From: Lama guanicoe
Taxonomy: Eukaryota
DNA length: 64,000 nt
Reading direction: 5' to 3'
Assembly (NCBI GenBank): GCA_013239625.1
Contig: MU053504.1
Location: 1,992,607-2,056,606, forward strand
Shown: piece after piece, positions 1 through 13,472 of the stretch
Layout of the letters: each line of letters starts with the position of its first letter
How positions within the stretch are numbered: the first letter of the stretch is position 1
Program-made: the position numbers and the translations under genes
The notes under the pieces: model-generated
The model's input: the letters and a program-made list of their open reading frames with translations, nothing else
What the model was told of the DNA's origin: nothing
The model's database searches: none

Positions 1-1101
1 CCCTTCAGCTCAAGGTAGGATTTTATCAATAAATAAGAAGGTAACTGCTTTGTGAGAGAAACTTCTGGTCTGGAGACCACATTTTGAAATGGTTATTTGG
101 AAATGCTCCCGTTTTTGTAATTTTTGTGCTATAAGAACTATCAAAATACCACCCTGGAAAATCTTAATTTTCTAACCTGTTTTAAAGTCTTTCAAAAATG
201 AAGAATCTCAGCAGGATTAGATCCAAAAATATAAAATGCAGTATCTGAATTATTCGAAAAAACAATTCTTGGACCCCAAGAAAGAGATTAATTAGCCAAA
301 TTTCAGTGAAAACGAAAAATTAGTATCATGATTTTAATTTACCCAGCATAGCTGACAGTGCTCTTCTTTCAGCTGGCACAACACATTTCTCAGAGATACC
401 TTTTTTAGTCATTAAAACCACAAGTCAGAATGTATTAAACTAGCTCTTCAAATTGCTGTATCTCTAAGTGGTTATATAGAGTTTTCAAAGATAATAAAGC
501 ATATTCTGTTTTATTCAAACAGTCTTCTTAGTGAGAGAAAAATGTTTTTAAATCATGAATAAAGACAAAAGTTTTTCAGTTTATATTTCAGCTTTATGTG
601 CTTTTTTAAAAAAAAATTCCATTTTGGAGAACTCTGCACTGTATATAATCTATGGGTTCACAAGTACATAGGTTTAATTTGTAAATAAATATAAATTGGG
701 GCACTTGATCTAGTGTTTTACTCTCCAGATGTATGGAAAGGGCTGCCCAGAGGACCCTCAGGAGGCTTATCCCCCTAACATAGGTCACAGGATATAGGTC
801 ATTGTGCTCTGGGAAGGATGTTTTTAAAGATACTTTCTCATGGAATTAGGCATTTGATTAAGCATTAAATCCCATATACATTTATGGGAGGGAAATGAAA
901 TTTACTTGGGACATATTGCTTTTATGTTAAGGAGAATTGGTTAGAAATTTTACTAGTTCTCCTGTAAGCCGTGAGTTTTTCTTAAGACATGAAAGTATAT
1001 TTTTTATTAAGAAAGTTAAGAATAGTAAAATAATTACTGCTTTATTTTAAAATCAGGAAACTGTTATAATTAATTTTCTAATTATTTGTATTTCTCACCA
1101 G

Positions 1102-1180
1102 CAAAACAGGGATTTGGACATGTTCATCAATGCCTCCAAAAACTTCAACCTCAACATCACCTGGGCCCCCAGCTTCTCAG
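1102..1180 (+). CDS. ATRN: Attractin internal coding exon (~exon 23, human numbering); gene begins upstream of window
   Basis: cag|CAAAAC...TCAG|gtaaag; encodes QNRDLDMFINASKNFNLNITWAPSFS, matching attractin C-terminal ectodomain; 79 bp, phase 0-1. Confidence 0.96.
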
Positions 1181-1254
1181 GTAAAGACAGACCTAGAGAA
1201 GACCTTCCAAGTGGAGGTAACAGATGAGAAGGAGTTGAGAAAGGGGGCTCTGGA

Positions 1255-1420
1255 GACAGACAGATGGGTTTGAAACCCACCTTTGCCATTTAGCTGGGAG
1301 ACCTTGAGCAAGTGTCTAAAACCTATCTCTAGACCCTTAGGGGTTATTCATCTGAAAGAGAAGATAATAATATTTATCTCCTGGAGTTACTGTGTAGATT
1401 AAATTAAGCTATAGCTGTCA
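1255..1420 (+). mobile_element. MIR SINE
   Basis: gggtttgaaaccc...gaccttgagcaagt...catctgaaagagaagataataat MIR core. Confidence 0.65.
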
Positions 1421-1734
1421 GTGCCTGCCATGGTCTTAGGATCAGTGTGTGCTCACTACCCCTGCTCTCCCACCACCATTAATACCGTGGCTCCAGCACT
1501 ACCATCATCGTCCCCATCCGTGCTTCAGAAGTGAAAAATGCAAGTGACTCAGTCTCAAGAAATGGAAACATTTTTATTAGAATGAGATTTTGGTGGATAC
1601 AAGGGAAAATGTACTTTGGGAATTAAATCAAGCTCTAAGAGCACAGGTTTTGCTATCTTGTTTGTCTTGCTATGATTCACTAAATAAGATCTACTGGGTA
1701 GAAAATCTACTAAAGAAAGAAAGAATGGCCCCAA

Positions 1735-1950
1735 TGTAGTGGGTAAGAATGTAGCTCAACAGACGTGGATTTAAATTCCACCTGGTACTTATTAGCACCA
1801 TGCTTTCTGAGCCTGTCTCCTCGGGGATGAAATGAGATGATTAAAAACACCTATCTGTGTAAAATGTTCTGAGGATTAAATGAGATAATAAATGAAGAAC
1901 TCAGTGTAGTGCTAGAAACATGGTTAAATTCTCATTGAGTGGTAACTGTG
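1735..1950 (+). mobile_element. MIR SINE
   Basis: tctgagcctgtctcc...gaggattaaatgagataat. Confidence 0.65.
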
Positions 1951-2649
1951 TTTCATCATCTTTATTACTGTTTTTTGTTCAAAACACAACCAGTTATACT
2001 GAAACAAAATAAAAACATTACCTTTGCACATCATTTTGTGTTTATCATGTCTTAAAAGATTGTGTAGAATTCAGAAAAGGTTCAGAAACTTGCAGTGAGG
2101 AGAGACCTTTAAGAAAAAGTCTGAGTTATTGGAGCCTTTGTTTGGAAAAAGGCAGCATCCCTGAGTATGTAATTGATTTGCAATGATGGTCTCACCAGTC
2201 TGGACTTCAGTCCCAGGCTGTAACTCAGACATGGGAAAAGCCTATTTCAGGAATGTTTACAGACACTAGAATTCCTGGTTGAGGGACACAATGGAATGTT
2301 GAAGGACTGTCTAGGGGTAGGATGGGTTTATATCAGATGGAGGGTGTTTAAATTCCGTGTAGCTGGTAGCAGAAGGGACTGAGTGACCCCCTAGAGTGCC
2401 TCCCTCCCTGCTACTGTTGAGACTTGAGGTCACTGCTGGCTAGGAAGTGAGGGCTGGATCCATGTCCCTGGTGTGGGGGATCTGGAGCTCTGCCAAACAT
2501 GAGTAAGGAGGAAATGAAAAGCAAGTGAAGTGTTGTGGGCAGAGTGAATGCCATTTCTTGTGAATAGGATTCTAATGGCATCTGTGTTGTCACAGCCACA
2601 TGTAGCCTGTTTCCGTAGGGCAAGTTGTAGGGGTTCCTGGTAAAACCAT

Positions 2650-2870
2650 TTTGGTTAAGGGCACAGGCTTATGTATCAGTGCACCCAGCTTCAGATCTCA
2701 ACTCCGCTTCTTCCTGGCTGTGTGACCTGAGCCAAGTTACTTAATTTTCCTGAACCTAAGTTTCCTGATGTGTAAATGAGGATAATAGGAAGGTGGTTGT
2801 TAGAACTAAATGAAATGGAGCTCTTAAAGGCTGTTCCTGGAACATAGTACTTAATAAGTGCTAACTATTA
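2650..2870 (+). mobile_element. MIR SINE
   Basis: gctgtgtgacctgagccaagttacttaa...gtttcctgatgtgtaaatgaggataatag. Confidence 0.75.
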
Positions 2871-2942
2871 TCGTAATTATTAGGGCAGATTTGGTCCAAA
2901 AAAAAAAAGGTCTTTTCTGTTTCGTTCTTTTCTTCCTAACAG

Positions 2943-3100
2943 CTGGAACCCAAGCTGGAGAAGAGATGCCCGTTGTTTCAAAAACCAACATTAAGGAGTA
3001 CAAAGACAGCTTCTCTAATGAGAAGTTTGATTTTCGCAACCACCCAAACATCACTTTCTTTGTTTATGTCAGTAATTTCACGTGGCCCATCAAAATTCAG
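2943..3100 (+). CDS. ATRN: Attractin exon ~24 (last ectodomain exon)
   Basis: cag|CTGGAACC...ATTCAG|gtaaga; (A)GTQAGEEMPVVSKTNIKEYKDSFSNEKFDFRNHPNITFFVYVSNFTWPIKIQ; 158 bp. Confidence 0.97.
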
Positions 3101-4779
3101 GTAAGAAGTGCTTTTTAGGCTCATACTTGCAAAGATGGTGAAATCTCCGTAGTGGAGACTAAATTCACTAATCTATAACTGGCAGTGAATGAGACATACA
3201 GTGTTAATATTGCTTTACCTTTGTAATATCTGTGGTAAATGAGTTTTGAGCACATACCGTAAAGAAAACTGTAGTGAGGCTGGCTTAAATCACTTATGAA
3301 GGAAATTTATAAGCACTTTTGAAAGTCAGCATGTAACAGTTTTGACAATTACAGCTATATTTGTTTCTTCATTGAGCACTTGCCACATAAAAACCTGTAG
3401 AGCTATGCAAAAAGTTTGAATTCTGGAGTGAGTAAGGGGGGTAGGAATGAATCAAACACAAGTATCACCAGTGAAAGCTGTTGTGTGGAAAGTGCTGTAT
3501 GAAAAGATCCCCAAAACGCTGTCAGAGTTTAAAAGGAGACAGGGTGGAAGGTAATAGGGGCATGGGGTCGGTGGCAGTAGGGAGTTTAGGCCTTGTGGTC
3601 AGACAGACGTGAGTTTGAGTCCCGGCTTGCTCCTGTACAACTCAAGTCTTGCTCCACGTCTCAGAGTCTTTTTGTACGTGTGACCTGAAAGGGTACATCT
3701 AAGGGTTCACGTTGCCTGCTGCAGCCGCTGCTGCTATCAGCCTGCTCCTTTTCTCTGTTCCCAAGAGACCAGTGCAGTCTCTCTTATCCAAGACCCACGG
3801 CCCCATTTGTGCTCTTTATAATTATCTGCCACTGTGTCTTTGAGGCCTTGCCTCAGTACTTTCTGCTTTACCCCCCTTCATTTTGGGTAAATGTGGAGTT
3901 CCAGGATGGGTGGACTTTTCAGGGACTGGTTCACCTTTAGCCATGGAAGTGTGGTCACTGGACTGGGACTCTGCCAACTTTCAGTAACATAATCAAGTGA
4001 AGCAAGTCATCACTGATCAGTTAGGATGGGTTTGAAATCTAGTTCTGATAGTTACGTGTTCACGCCTTGGGATTGTAACTAAGGAACAGTCAGTCTTTTC
4101 CCTTCTGGAATGTGAGGGACAGGCTGTGTGTTGTATTTTTCTCGTCACCCTTTTTTCCTTTTTCTATCTGGATGGTCTGCAGATTTTTGTATCCTCTACT
4201 CTACTCCTCCCTTTGCTCTTGCATGCTCTCTCCTTCCCTCCCCAGCCAGCCTTCTTGGAAGCACTGACCACACTCCCTGTTTCTGTTTCCTCTTACCATT
4301 CACCCAGCACCCCACAACAGTGAGCCATCATCCCTCACCATGTCCTGAAGCTCCCTGTCATGGTGGACTCCAGTGACTGAATTCTTCTGTCCCCTTCTCC
4401 TTCTCATTGCATGATTTGAGTCACCTTTTTTTTTTTTTCCCCTTCCTGGTCCTTTCTTTCCCTGATTCTCTGACCTATCTTTTCAGGGAATCTCGTTTCT
4501 TAGACATTGGGATTGTCTGGAATTCAGGCCATGGTCCCTGTCTTTATCCCACTTGTATGACATGGCACTACTTCTGTACTGGTGACTCTCAGTACTCTTG
4601 TCTCCAGCCCTGCTTATACTTGAGCTCCAGACCAGTGTTCTTGGGTGCTGCTTAGCTATCTTTACCTGGACATTCAGAAACTCCCTGCACTCAGGGAGTC
4701 ATTCTTGTGATCTTAGCCCCAAACCCTGTGCCTCCTTTCTAGTAAATGGTACCACTTATTGCATGAGCCAGGACCCTGG

Positions 4780-5290
4780 AAATCATTTGCATTCCTGGGA
4801 TAAGCCTGACTTGGCATGATATATTATTTTTTTTATTTGTGTGTTTTATTCATTGCTGAATTCAGTTTGCTAATATTTTGGTTAGAATTTTGAGTCTATT
4901 TCATGAGTGAGAATGTCTGGTAATTTTCCTTTCTTGTCCTTGTTATGCATTTTATATCAAAGTTGAACTAACTTTTCATTATAAATTGAGGAATTTTCTC
5001 TCTTTCTCATTTCTGAAAGAGATTACGTAAGATTAGAATTATATGAACCTTGAATACTTGTGATCCTTCATAAAATCATTTGATTCTGGTGTTTTATAGT
5101 TAGAGGTGGTTTCTTTCTTTTTTTTGTTGTTTTTTTTAGCTGCTGATTCAACTTCTTTAATAGGTATAGGATATTTTGGATCTTCTCTATTTGAGTCACT
5201 TAAAATACTTTTTTCTAAATATTGATTTATTTTGTATGCTTTCAAATGTTTTGACACAAAGTTGTTCACACTGTCCCCTTATCTAATCTT
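4780..5290 (-). mobile_element. Old L1 ORF2 fragment
   Basis: gggataagcctgacttggcatgat...ttcagtttgctaatattttg; ORF track fragment PIPIKEVES. Confidence 0.65.
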
Positions 5291-5399
5291 TGCAGCATCT
5301 ATGCTTAAGTGTATTGAATCAAATACTTAAAAATGGTTAAAATGATAAAATTTTATCTTAATATATACTTACCCCAATTTTTAAAAGTTGAAAAAAACA

Positions 5400-8170
5400 C
5401 AGCAAGGTTTTTTATAGACATAGAGAAGCTTATTCTAATATTTATATGAAAAGGCAAAGATTCTAGAATAGCTATACCAGTTTTGAAAAGAGAAATAAAG
5501 TGGGAGGAATCACAGTGTGAAATGTTAATATTTACTGTTGAGCTGTAGTAATCAAGGCATTGTGGATATTGGTGGAGGGATAGACACACAGATCAGTGGA
5601 ACAGAATGAAGAACCCAGAAATAGAACCGTGTAAATACGTCCAACTGATTTTTGATAGAAGAAGAAAGTCAGTTCAATGGAGAAAGGATAGACTTTTCAA
5701 CAAATACAGCTAGAACAATTGGACAACCATAGGCAGATAAGTGAACTTTGACCTAAACCTCTTATCTCACACAAAAATTAACTCAGTGTGAAAGGAGATA
5801 AGAATATACAATGGAAAAAGAGAGTCTCTTCAGCAAGTGGCGTTGGGAAAACTGGACAGCCACATGTAAGTCAGTGAAGTTAGAACACTCCCTCACACCA
5901 TACACAAAAATAAACTCAAAATGGCTTAAAGACTTAAGCATAAGACAAGACACTATAAATCTCCTAGAAGAAAACATAGGCAAAACATTCTCTAACATAA
6001 ATCTTAGCAATGTTCTCCTAGGGCAGTCTACCCAGCCCGTAGAAATACAAGCAAAAATAAACAGATGGGACCTAATTAAACTTACAAGCTTTTGCACAGC
6101 AAAGGAAACCATAAACAAAACAAAAAGACAACCTATGGAATGGGAGAAAATCTTTGTAAATGGTGCAACTGACAAGAGCTTAATTTCCAGAATATAAAAA
6201 CAGCTCATACAACTTAATAACAACAACAAAAAAAAAACAAAACACACCAGACAATCCAATCCAAAAATGGGCAGAAGACCTAAACAAACAATTCTCCAAT
6301 GAAGATATACAAATGGCCAATAGGCACATGAAAAAATGCTCAATATCGCTAATTATCAGAGAAATACAAATGAAAACTGCAGTGAAAAAAAAAAAACCTG
6401 CAGTGAAATGTCTGTCACCTCAAACCAATCAGAATGGACATCAATAAAAAGTCCACAAATGATAAATGCTGGAGAAGATGTGGAAAAAAGTGAATCCTAC
6501 ACTGTTGATGGGAATGTAGTTTGGTACAGCCATTATGGAAAATGGTATGGAAACTCCTCAAAAAACTAAAAATAAACTTATGTATGATCCAGCAGTCCCA
6601 CTTCTGGGCATATATCCTGGAGGGAACTCTAATTTGAAAACATACATACACCCCTATGTTCATAGCACTATTTGTAATAGCCAAGACCTGGAAACAACCT
6701 TAATGTCCATCAACAGATGACTGGATAAGGAAGCTGTGGTATATTTATACAATGGAATACTACTCAGAATTAAAAAAGAATAAAATAATGCCATTTGCAG
6801 CAACATGGATGGACCTGGAGATTGTCATTCTAAGTGAAGTAAGCCAGAAAGAAAGAAAAATATCATATGATATCACTTATATGTGGAATCTAAAAAAAAG
6901 ACACCAATGAACTCATCTACAAAACAGATTCACAGACATAGAATACAAACTTACAGCTACTAGAAAGAAAGGGGATGGGAAGGGATAAATTGGGAGTTTG
7001 AGATTTGCAGATACTAACTACTATATATAAAATAGATAAACAAGTTTCTACGCAGGGAACTATATTCAATATCTCGTAGTAACCTATAATGAAAAAGAAT
7101 ATGAAAAGGGAATGTATTTATGTAGATGTATGACTGATACATTATGATGTACACCAGAAATTGTTACAACATTGTAAACTGACTATACTTCAATTAAAAA
7201 AATTAACTCAATGTGGGTCACATATTTAAATGTAAAATGTTAAACTATAATGCTTCTAGGAAAAAAATAGGGGAAAATCCTTGTATCCTAAAGCTAGGCA
7301 AAAGATTTTCATTCTTGACACAAAAACATGACTTACAAAAAAAGTTAATAAATTGGACCACATCAAAATCGAAAGCTTTTGCTCGGTGGAAGGCCCTGGT
7401 AAAAGAATAAAAAAACTCACAAAAGAAAATATTTGCAAGAAATATTTCTAACATAGGGCTTGTATCTAGAATATAAGAAGAGCTCTCAAAATTCAACATT
7501 AAAAAGCAAATTATCTTATTAGAAAATGGACAAAAGAATGAAGGGACCTTTCACCAAAGAGGAGATACATGTGGCAAATAACCACATGAAAGATGTTCAG
7601 CACTAAAGCCATCAAAAAATGCAAATTAAAACCACAATGAGATATCCCTACACACATATCATAATGGCTATAATTAAAAATAGTGATAGAAAGTAGAGAT
7701 AACACCAAATGTTAGAGAGAATGCAGAGAAATTAGATCATATATACGTTGCCGATAGGAGAGTGAGACGGCACAGCCACTCTGGAAAATAGTTTGACATT
7801 TTCTTATAAAACTTAACTTGCACCTACTATACAACCCAGCAGTTGCACTCCTGGGCATTTATCCCAGAGAGCTGAAAACTGGTGTTCATACAAGCACCTG
7901 GACACCAGTGTTTATAGCACTTGTACAGCAATGTTTAGCAGCCTTATTCATAATAGCCCCAAACTGGAAACAATGCAAGTATTCTTCAACAGGTAAATGG
8001 TTAAACAGACTGTGTTTCGTGCATATCATGGAATAATACTCAGCAATAAAAAGAAACAAACTATTGTTAGAACAACTTGGATGAATCTGAAAAATTCTGC
8101 TGAGTGGGAAAAAAATCTTCAAAGTTTACATACTGCATGATTCCATTTATATAGCATTTGAAAATAAAAA
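5400..8170 (+). mobile_element. Old L1 (L1M-type) ORF2 3' part and 3'UTR, interrupted by a younger L1
   Basis: Decayed ORF2 C-terminal sequence reads continuously across 5790/7216. Confidence 0.8.
5791..7197 (+). mobile_element. Young 5'-truncated L1 with 18-bp TSD
   Basis: ORF2 C-terminal peptide ([12 protein letters not shown]...[15 protein letters not shown]), 3'UTR and A tail; TSD AAAAATTAACTCA(G/A)TGTG at 5773-5790 and 7198-7215. Confidence 0.92.
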
Positions 8171-10211
8171 TTTTAGACCAAAAAAAAGTGTAGATCTGCT
8201 GAAACTTCAACTCTCTCTGACTACTTCTAGACCCTCTTTTTCAGAGGGCTCATCAGATTAGGTCAGGCCCACCCACACTCAAGGGAAGGGGATTATACAG
8301 GATGTGCACATCAGTGTAGTAGGAATCTTAGGGGCCACTTAGAATTTTTTCAGCCACTGGCTATATTTGGAGGGGGGCCAGCAGGGTTAGGTTGTTTCTC
8401 TGACCCCAAGGAATTTGAACTCTAGGCTCTAGTCAGTAGAATTTCAATTTAGTAACACCTGCTAATAACACTGTCAAGTTATAGATCACATGCAATTGTA
8501 AAGTATTTGATTTGGGCTCTAGTAAATATAACTTACTGACTTAAGTTGAGCTGGTTTTCATACTGAATACCTTGCTATATTCCAAATCGAATTGAACTTC
8601 AAGCTTTGTTGCTTATAGCTACAAAATGATTAATATTTTTAAGATTCCTACTGAAAACCTTGACTTAAGCTGCTGAGGTTTTTCCCATTTGGAAAGAGGG
8701 CTCTGTGCATATAAACAGGCTTTTGTGCTGGAGATAGCTGTGCTGTTGCCAATGCCGAGTTCTGGTTTTTTTTCCCTTCCCAATGCCTCGTTGCTCCACC
8801 CTCTCAGAGTCGCTGAAATGGTCATTTCCTTCTGGAGGGATCTCTTCCCCACAGTTACTTTTTAAAAGTACTCATTTTAAGTTTAAGACTCAAAGAGATG
8901 TTGATCCTCCGCCTGATTTGTTTGGTCCTTTTTACCTGGGCTGGACCACTCACTTGAATAAGATCCACCTATGAAAGCTGCATTCAGGAGCACTTTTGAA
9001 AATAAATGATGGTGTGCTCACCATTTAGTTTTCCACGCTTCCCTTGAAAAAGCAGGTAAGTTCTATTGAAAATATGTCTTTTTACTCTTTGGTACAAATA
9101 ACTGCAGTATTTGGCATCATGTGTTCTTGGTGTCTTCGCACAAGAACCTGGTCAGTGCTGATTCTCTCTCCACTTGGGGCTGTACCTGGGTGTGTGCTGT
9201 GTGGAGCGCTGAGCTTGCATCTTCCTGGGCACATGCAGGCGTGTTCTCAACAAAGGAGGCTGCACCTTTCTTTATTTTCCTTAGAGCCTTAGCCTTTCTG
9301 GATGTAGTTAGCTCTTACATACACACTTAGAGACTGTACAGATTTAGTGAAAATATAGAGACTTACTTAAGAGAAAAGGGAACTGTCTAAATGGTGCAGT
9401 GGAAGCCATCCAGTTAAATTTCAGTACGGCTTTCAGGGTAGCCAAAAGCCTTTTTTGTCTTTGATTCTTATTTTTTTAAAGCAAAATAACTGAGGAAATT
9501 TAATTCTCTCCTCAGAAATTCGTGTAAATATTGGTGCTTTAAAAATGGTAATGGTAAATTCAAGTTCTTTCACTCTGAACTGATCCCAGGATTCTTTTCC
9601 ATAATTAGGAACAGATCAAAACCTGCAGCTGCTAACTGAGGAAATTTGAAACTAACTATAAAAAAATCTTTGTAGGTGCAGCTGAAAATTTTAAAAAACC
9701 ACCCAGACTGAAAAGGCCTGTGTGTCGGAGGGTGGTAGGTGTATTGAGCCAGTCGAGCCTGGTTTCTGGCTGGTTGCTCTTGTGGGTGTGTACCCCTCCC
9801 TCGAGCCCTGCTTTCCGAAAGTGGTTCTGGGTGTTCCCCCAAGTCAGCAGAACTCACCTGGCTTCAGCTGCAGCCGTAGTTTGGGAGGGTAGGTATTCAA
9901 GACAGAGAATGCACAGGCAGACATTGTGTGTGAGGTGGGAAGGTGGGTGGTGGAGCTGGGATTCTGGCTTGTTACTGGCTCTGCAACAGAGGTTGTTATT
10001 GTAATGTGGAACTAATATTAAAGTCCTCTGCTTGTTGGGTGTTTCATTTGCTAGTTTATGTAAGAGGCTAGTGTTCACAAGTGAAGGCAACACAGAATTT
10101 GTTATTGAGAACTGGGCATTCATTTAGATTTTGTTATGTTTATGGGTGCTAATAGGATTGCTGTACTAAGCAAAGGATGTATGAAACTTTTGTTGACTCA
10201 GATATACTTTT

Positions 10212-10688
10212 CTTTTTTAGTAACAGCTTTATTGAGAAATAAGTCATGTACCATACAATTTGCCCATTTAAAGTGCACAATTTAGTGGTTTTTAATAAAT
10301 TCACAGAGGTGTGCAACCATGACCACAGTTAATTTTAGAATATTTTCATCACCCCCAAAAGAAATCCCATACCCAGATACAGTCCTTTCCCATTCCTCCC
10401 TCCCTCTAGCCCCTGCCAACCACCAGTCTACTTCCTTTCTCTATGGATTTGCCTATTCTGGGCATTTCATATAAATTGAGTCATATAATAAGTGGTCCTT
10501 TGTGACTGGCTTCAGTTAGCATAATGTTTTCAAGGTGCATCCATATTTAATATGTTTCAGTAGTTTATTCCTTTTTAAGACTGAATAATATTGTGTTCTA
10601 TGGATATACCACATTTTGTTTATCCATTCATGTGTTGATGGATATTTGGGTGGTTTTCACTCATTAGCTATTATGACTAGATGAATAG
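10212..10688 (-). mobile_element. L1 (L1MB-like) 3' end with TSD
   Basis: aacagctttattgagaaataa... L1 3'UTR; TSD TCAGATA(T/C)ACTTTT at 10198-10211 and 10689-10702. Confidence 0.85.
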
Positions 10689-12939
10689 TCAGATACACTT
10701 TTAAAGTTTATTGTAGGATAATAATATGTACACATACGTCCTGGTGTTAGATAGCCTGTACCTTAAGGATTTTAAGAATTATAAAGCCATAAAATGCATT
10801 TAGAACTAAACTACTTAAAGTATAAGTTTTTCTTAGTTTCAAATGGCATTTAAAGTGTTTGTACTGCCTCATGGTTTGCATCACCCTGATTGTTATTTAT
10901 GTTTCCTTCTTCTTGAAAGAGTCTTCTCTTCTGCTTTTTACCTGTGGCTTTGGCTGTTTCTTCTTAGCTCTTCAGTGCCGTTGTCCCCTTGGGTTTCCTC
11001 TGGACCTTTCTCCCTGGACACCACACCATCTGTGGGCACCACCTGTGGCTGGGATGGGTAAATCTCTGTCTCTAGCATACCTCTCTCCTGTGGTCACCAT
11101 AGCCAGGACCCACTAGACTTCCTTTAACCTCCACTCACTTAGCTGACTTTCTGGCCCAGAGAGGCAGCCATGAGAGAAGAGAAGGAGCCAGGCCAGATGC
11201 TGGGTAGAGTGCGGATAAAATAAACAATTATTTGATAAATAAGTGAGCTATAATTATTAAAGCTGGGCAGTGAGCACATGGGGTTCATGATGCTGCTCTC
11301 TCCACAATTAAAAAAAATTTAAAAGATAACACAGATGATGAAATAAAAAATAAAGGTCCAAGTATATCATTTAGCTTCCCCAAAGTAGCTGTAAGAATAT
11401 GCCTCGGCTGGGCCTGCCGTCTAGGCCGGCTGGGACGTACCTCAGAACTGACCTTCCATTCTCCTTTGCAGGAAATGTGCAGCACTGGACTAGAAGTTTA
11501 TTGGTTATTAGCCACTGTTGGGCAGTTTTAGAACAATCAGCAGAGGTCCAAGGAAGACCTCTTCTCCCTCAGCCCAGTGCACTTCACCCTGGTGGTGATG
11601 GCAAAGGGAGCTTCCCCAAGAGCTACTGACTCCTCCCGCCTCGAGCAGTGGAGCATCAGAGGCCTGAGGGCTCCTCCCCGTGGGCCCATGAGGTGTGGGA
11701 GGCTACTTTCCAGTGGGCCGTGGCTGTGTTGTCTTCTGCTCCTCCAGCCTTTTGTGGGTAACAGGCACATCCTCTCCTGTATCTAAGGGTTCCCAGGGTG
11801 TTGTATCCTTTTCCTGTCTGTTTTGGCATCTTTCCATTGCCATCGCCCTCCAGATAACAACTCAGAAACTAACAGAAGCACTAAAAACAGTGAGAGAACA
11901 CCTCCAACAGGGATGGGGAATGATGGCCTGGATCACCTAATATAGTATGAAGTTAGTAGGTGATGCCTAAAATGGCTAAATCAAGAAATAACAACAACAG
12001 ACTACAAAGGTGCATCTGCTCTTGTGTGAGAGGTGGGAAATTACCTTTTCTTTCTCCTGAGCAATAATTGGTATTTTCATAGGAGTCAATAACTGATATT
12101 TTCATAGACTGCAAAATACAGGAACCCTCTTTCCCAGGATATCACTACTGCCATAGTATAAGGTAGAGTATGACTATTCCATGCCCTGAAAGGGAAGTGG
12201 GTCAAGTGCTGAGGGAGTGTAGAAAAGAGAGAGCCAATTCCCAGTGGAGGATGGGGCAGCTGAACGAGGAAGGGAGTGTTTGTGCTGGGCCATAAGTGAC
12301 AAGGAGGACCCCCACTGCAGATGGGCAGGGGAGAGGTTAAAGGTGCCAGAGGTTCAAGGGCAGTAGTAGTACTGCAACCAGAAAACATTTATTTGGCTGA
12401 AGCACAAAATTAGTGCTTGGGAAGTGCAAGTTTACAATATCCTACCCCAAAGCCTGGGGCTCGGAGGGCTTCCATGCTTCAGTTTATGTAACACGCTAGA
12501 CAAGCACATCTCAATCAAACATATTGCTGAAAGTTGAGTTGGAAATGTAAGGGGACATAAATTCTAGAATTTTTCTGGTGTGTGGAGAGTAATACTTACC
12601 ATTTAGAAAGGGAGAAGAATGAAATTATGAGTTTCATTTATAAATTGTAATGGAATTTTCTTCCTTGTATTAAATAGGTTTTGTTATAGGAAGTCTTCGT
12701 TATCCTTAGTATCAGAAAAGCCCACAAACACATTTCAGCATTTTTATAATAAATCATAAAAGAAAGGTATGATTGGGATATTATTTTGAAAAGTGAAACT
12801 CAGAAGTATGGGAAATGTTTATTTTTAATTTCACAGTTAACAAAATTTAAATTACGGTTGCAGCTGTGAGCCAATCTTAGAAGAAAACTCAATCAGGTCT
12901 TACTAGAGGGGGAATGGGGTCATTATTTTTCAATTATTA

Positions 12940-13130
12940 TATTCACTTTTTCAGCAAATATTTATTAAGCACCTCTTACATGACAGTCACTGCTTTAGGC
13001 ATAAGAGATATAGTAGTCAGTGGCAGAGTCCCTTATGGATCTTATCTTCTAGTGGGAGAAAAGACCATAAAGAAATGTACATTTAAGGGCTATGAACAAA
13101 AATCGAGCAAGGTAAGAAGATAGGGGTGTG
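12940..13130 (-). mobile_element. L2 3' end
   Basis: ttcagcaaatatttattaagcacct. Confidence 0.6.
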
Positions 13131-13229
13131 GCTTCAGTTGTGCAGATGGTGCTCAGAGACAAGGCAGCAGGAATGAGCCCTTCACTTCAGATTTGACTTC
13201 ACAGCATGATTATAAAACTATACTAATAA

Positions 13230-13472
13230 GTTGTGTGTGTGTGCATGGCTAGGACATGGTACTGTGCACCAGAAGTTGACACATTGTGACTGACGGTACT
13301 TTGATTAAAAAAAAAAACAACTATATTCAATATCTTGTAGTAGCCTATAATGAAAAAGAATATGAAAATGAATATATTAATGTATGTGTATGACTGAACT
13401 ATTATGCTGTACACTGAAAATTGATCATTGTAAACTGACTATACTTCAATTTTAAACAAAAACAAAAACAAA
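13230..13472 (+). mobile_element. Two tandem short L1 3' tips
   Basis: Both end in ...acattgt(g/a)actgac...A-rich tail; the second matches 7058-7197. Confidence 0.8.

Noticed and set aside
5783..6343. 186-aa hydrophobic - strand ORF
   Set aside because: Antisense reading of A-rich L1 ORF2, a common artefact.
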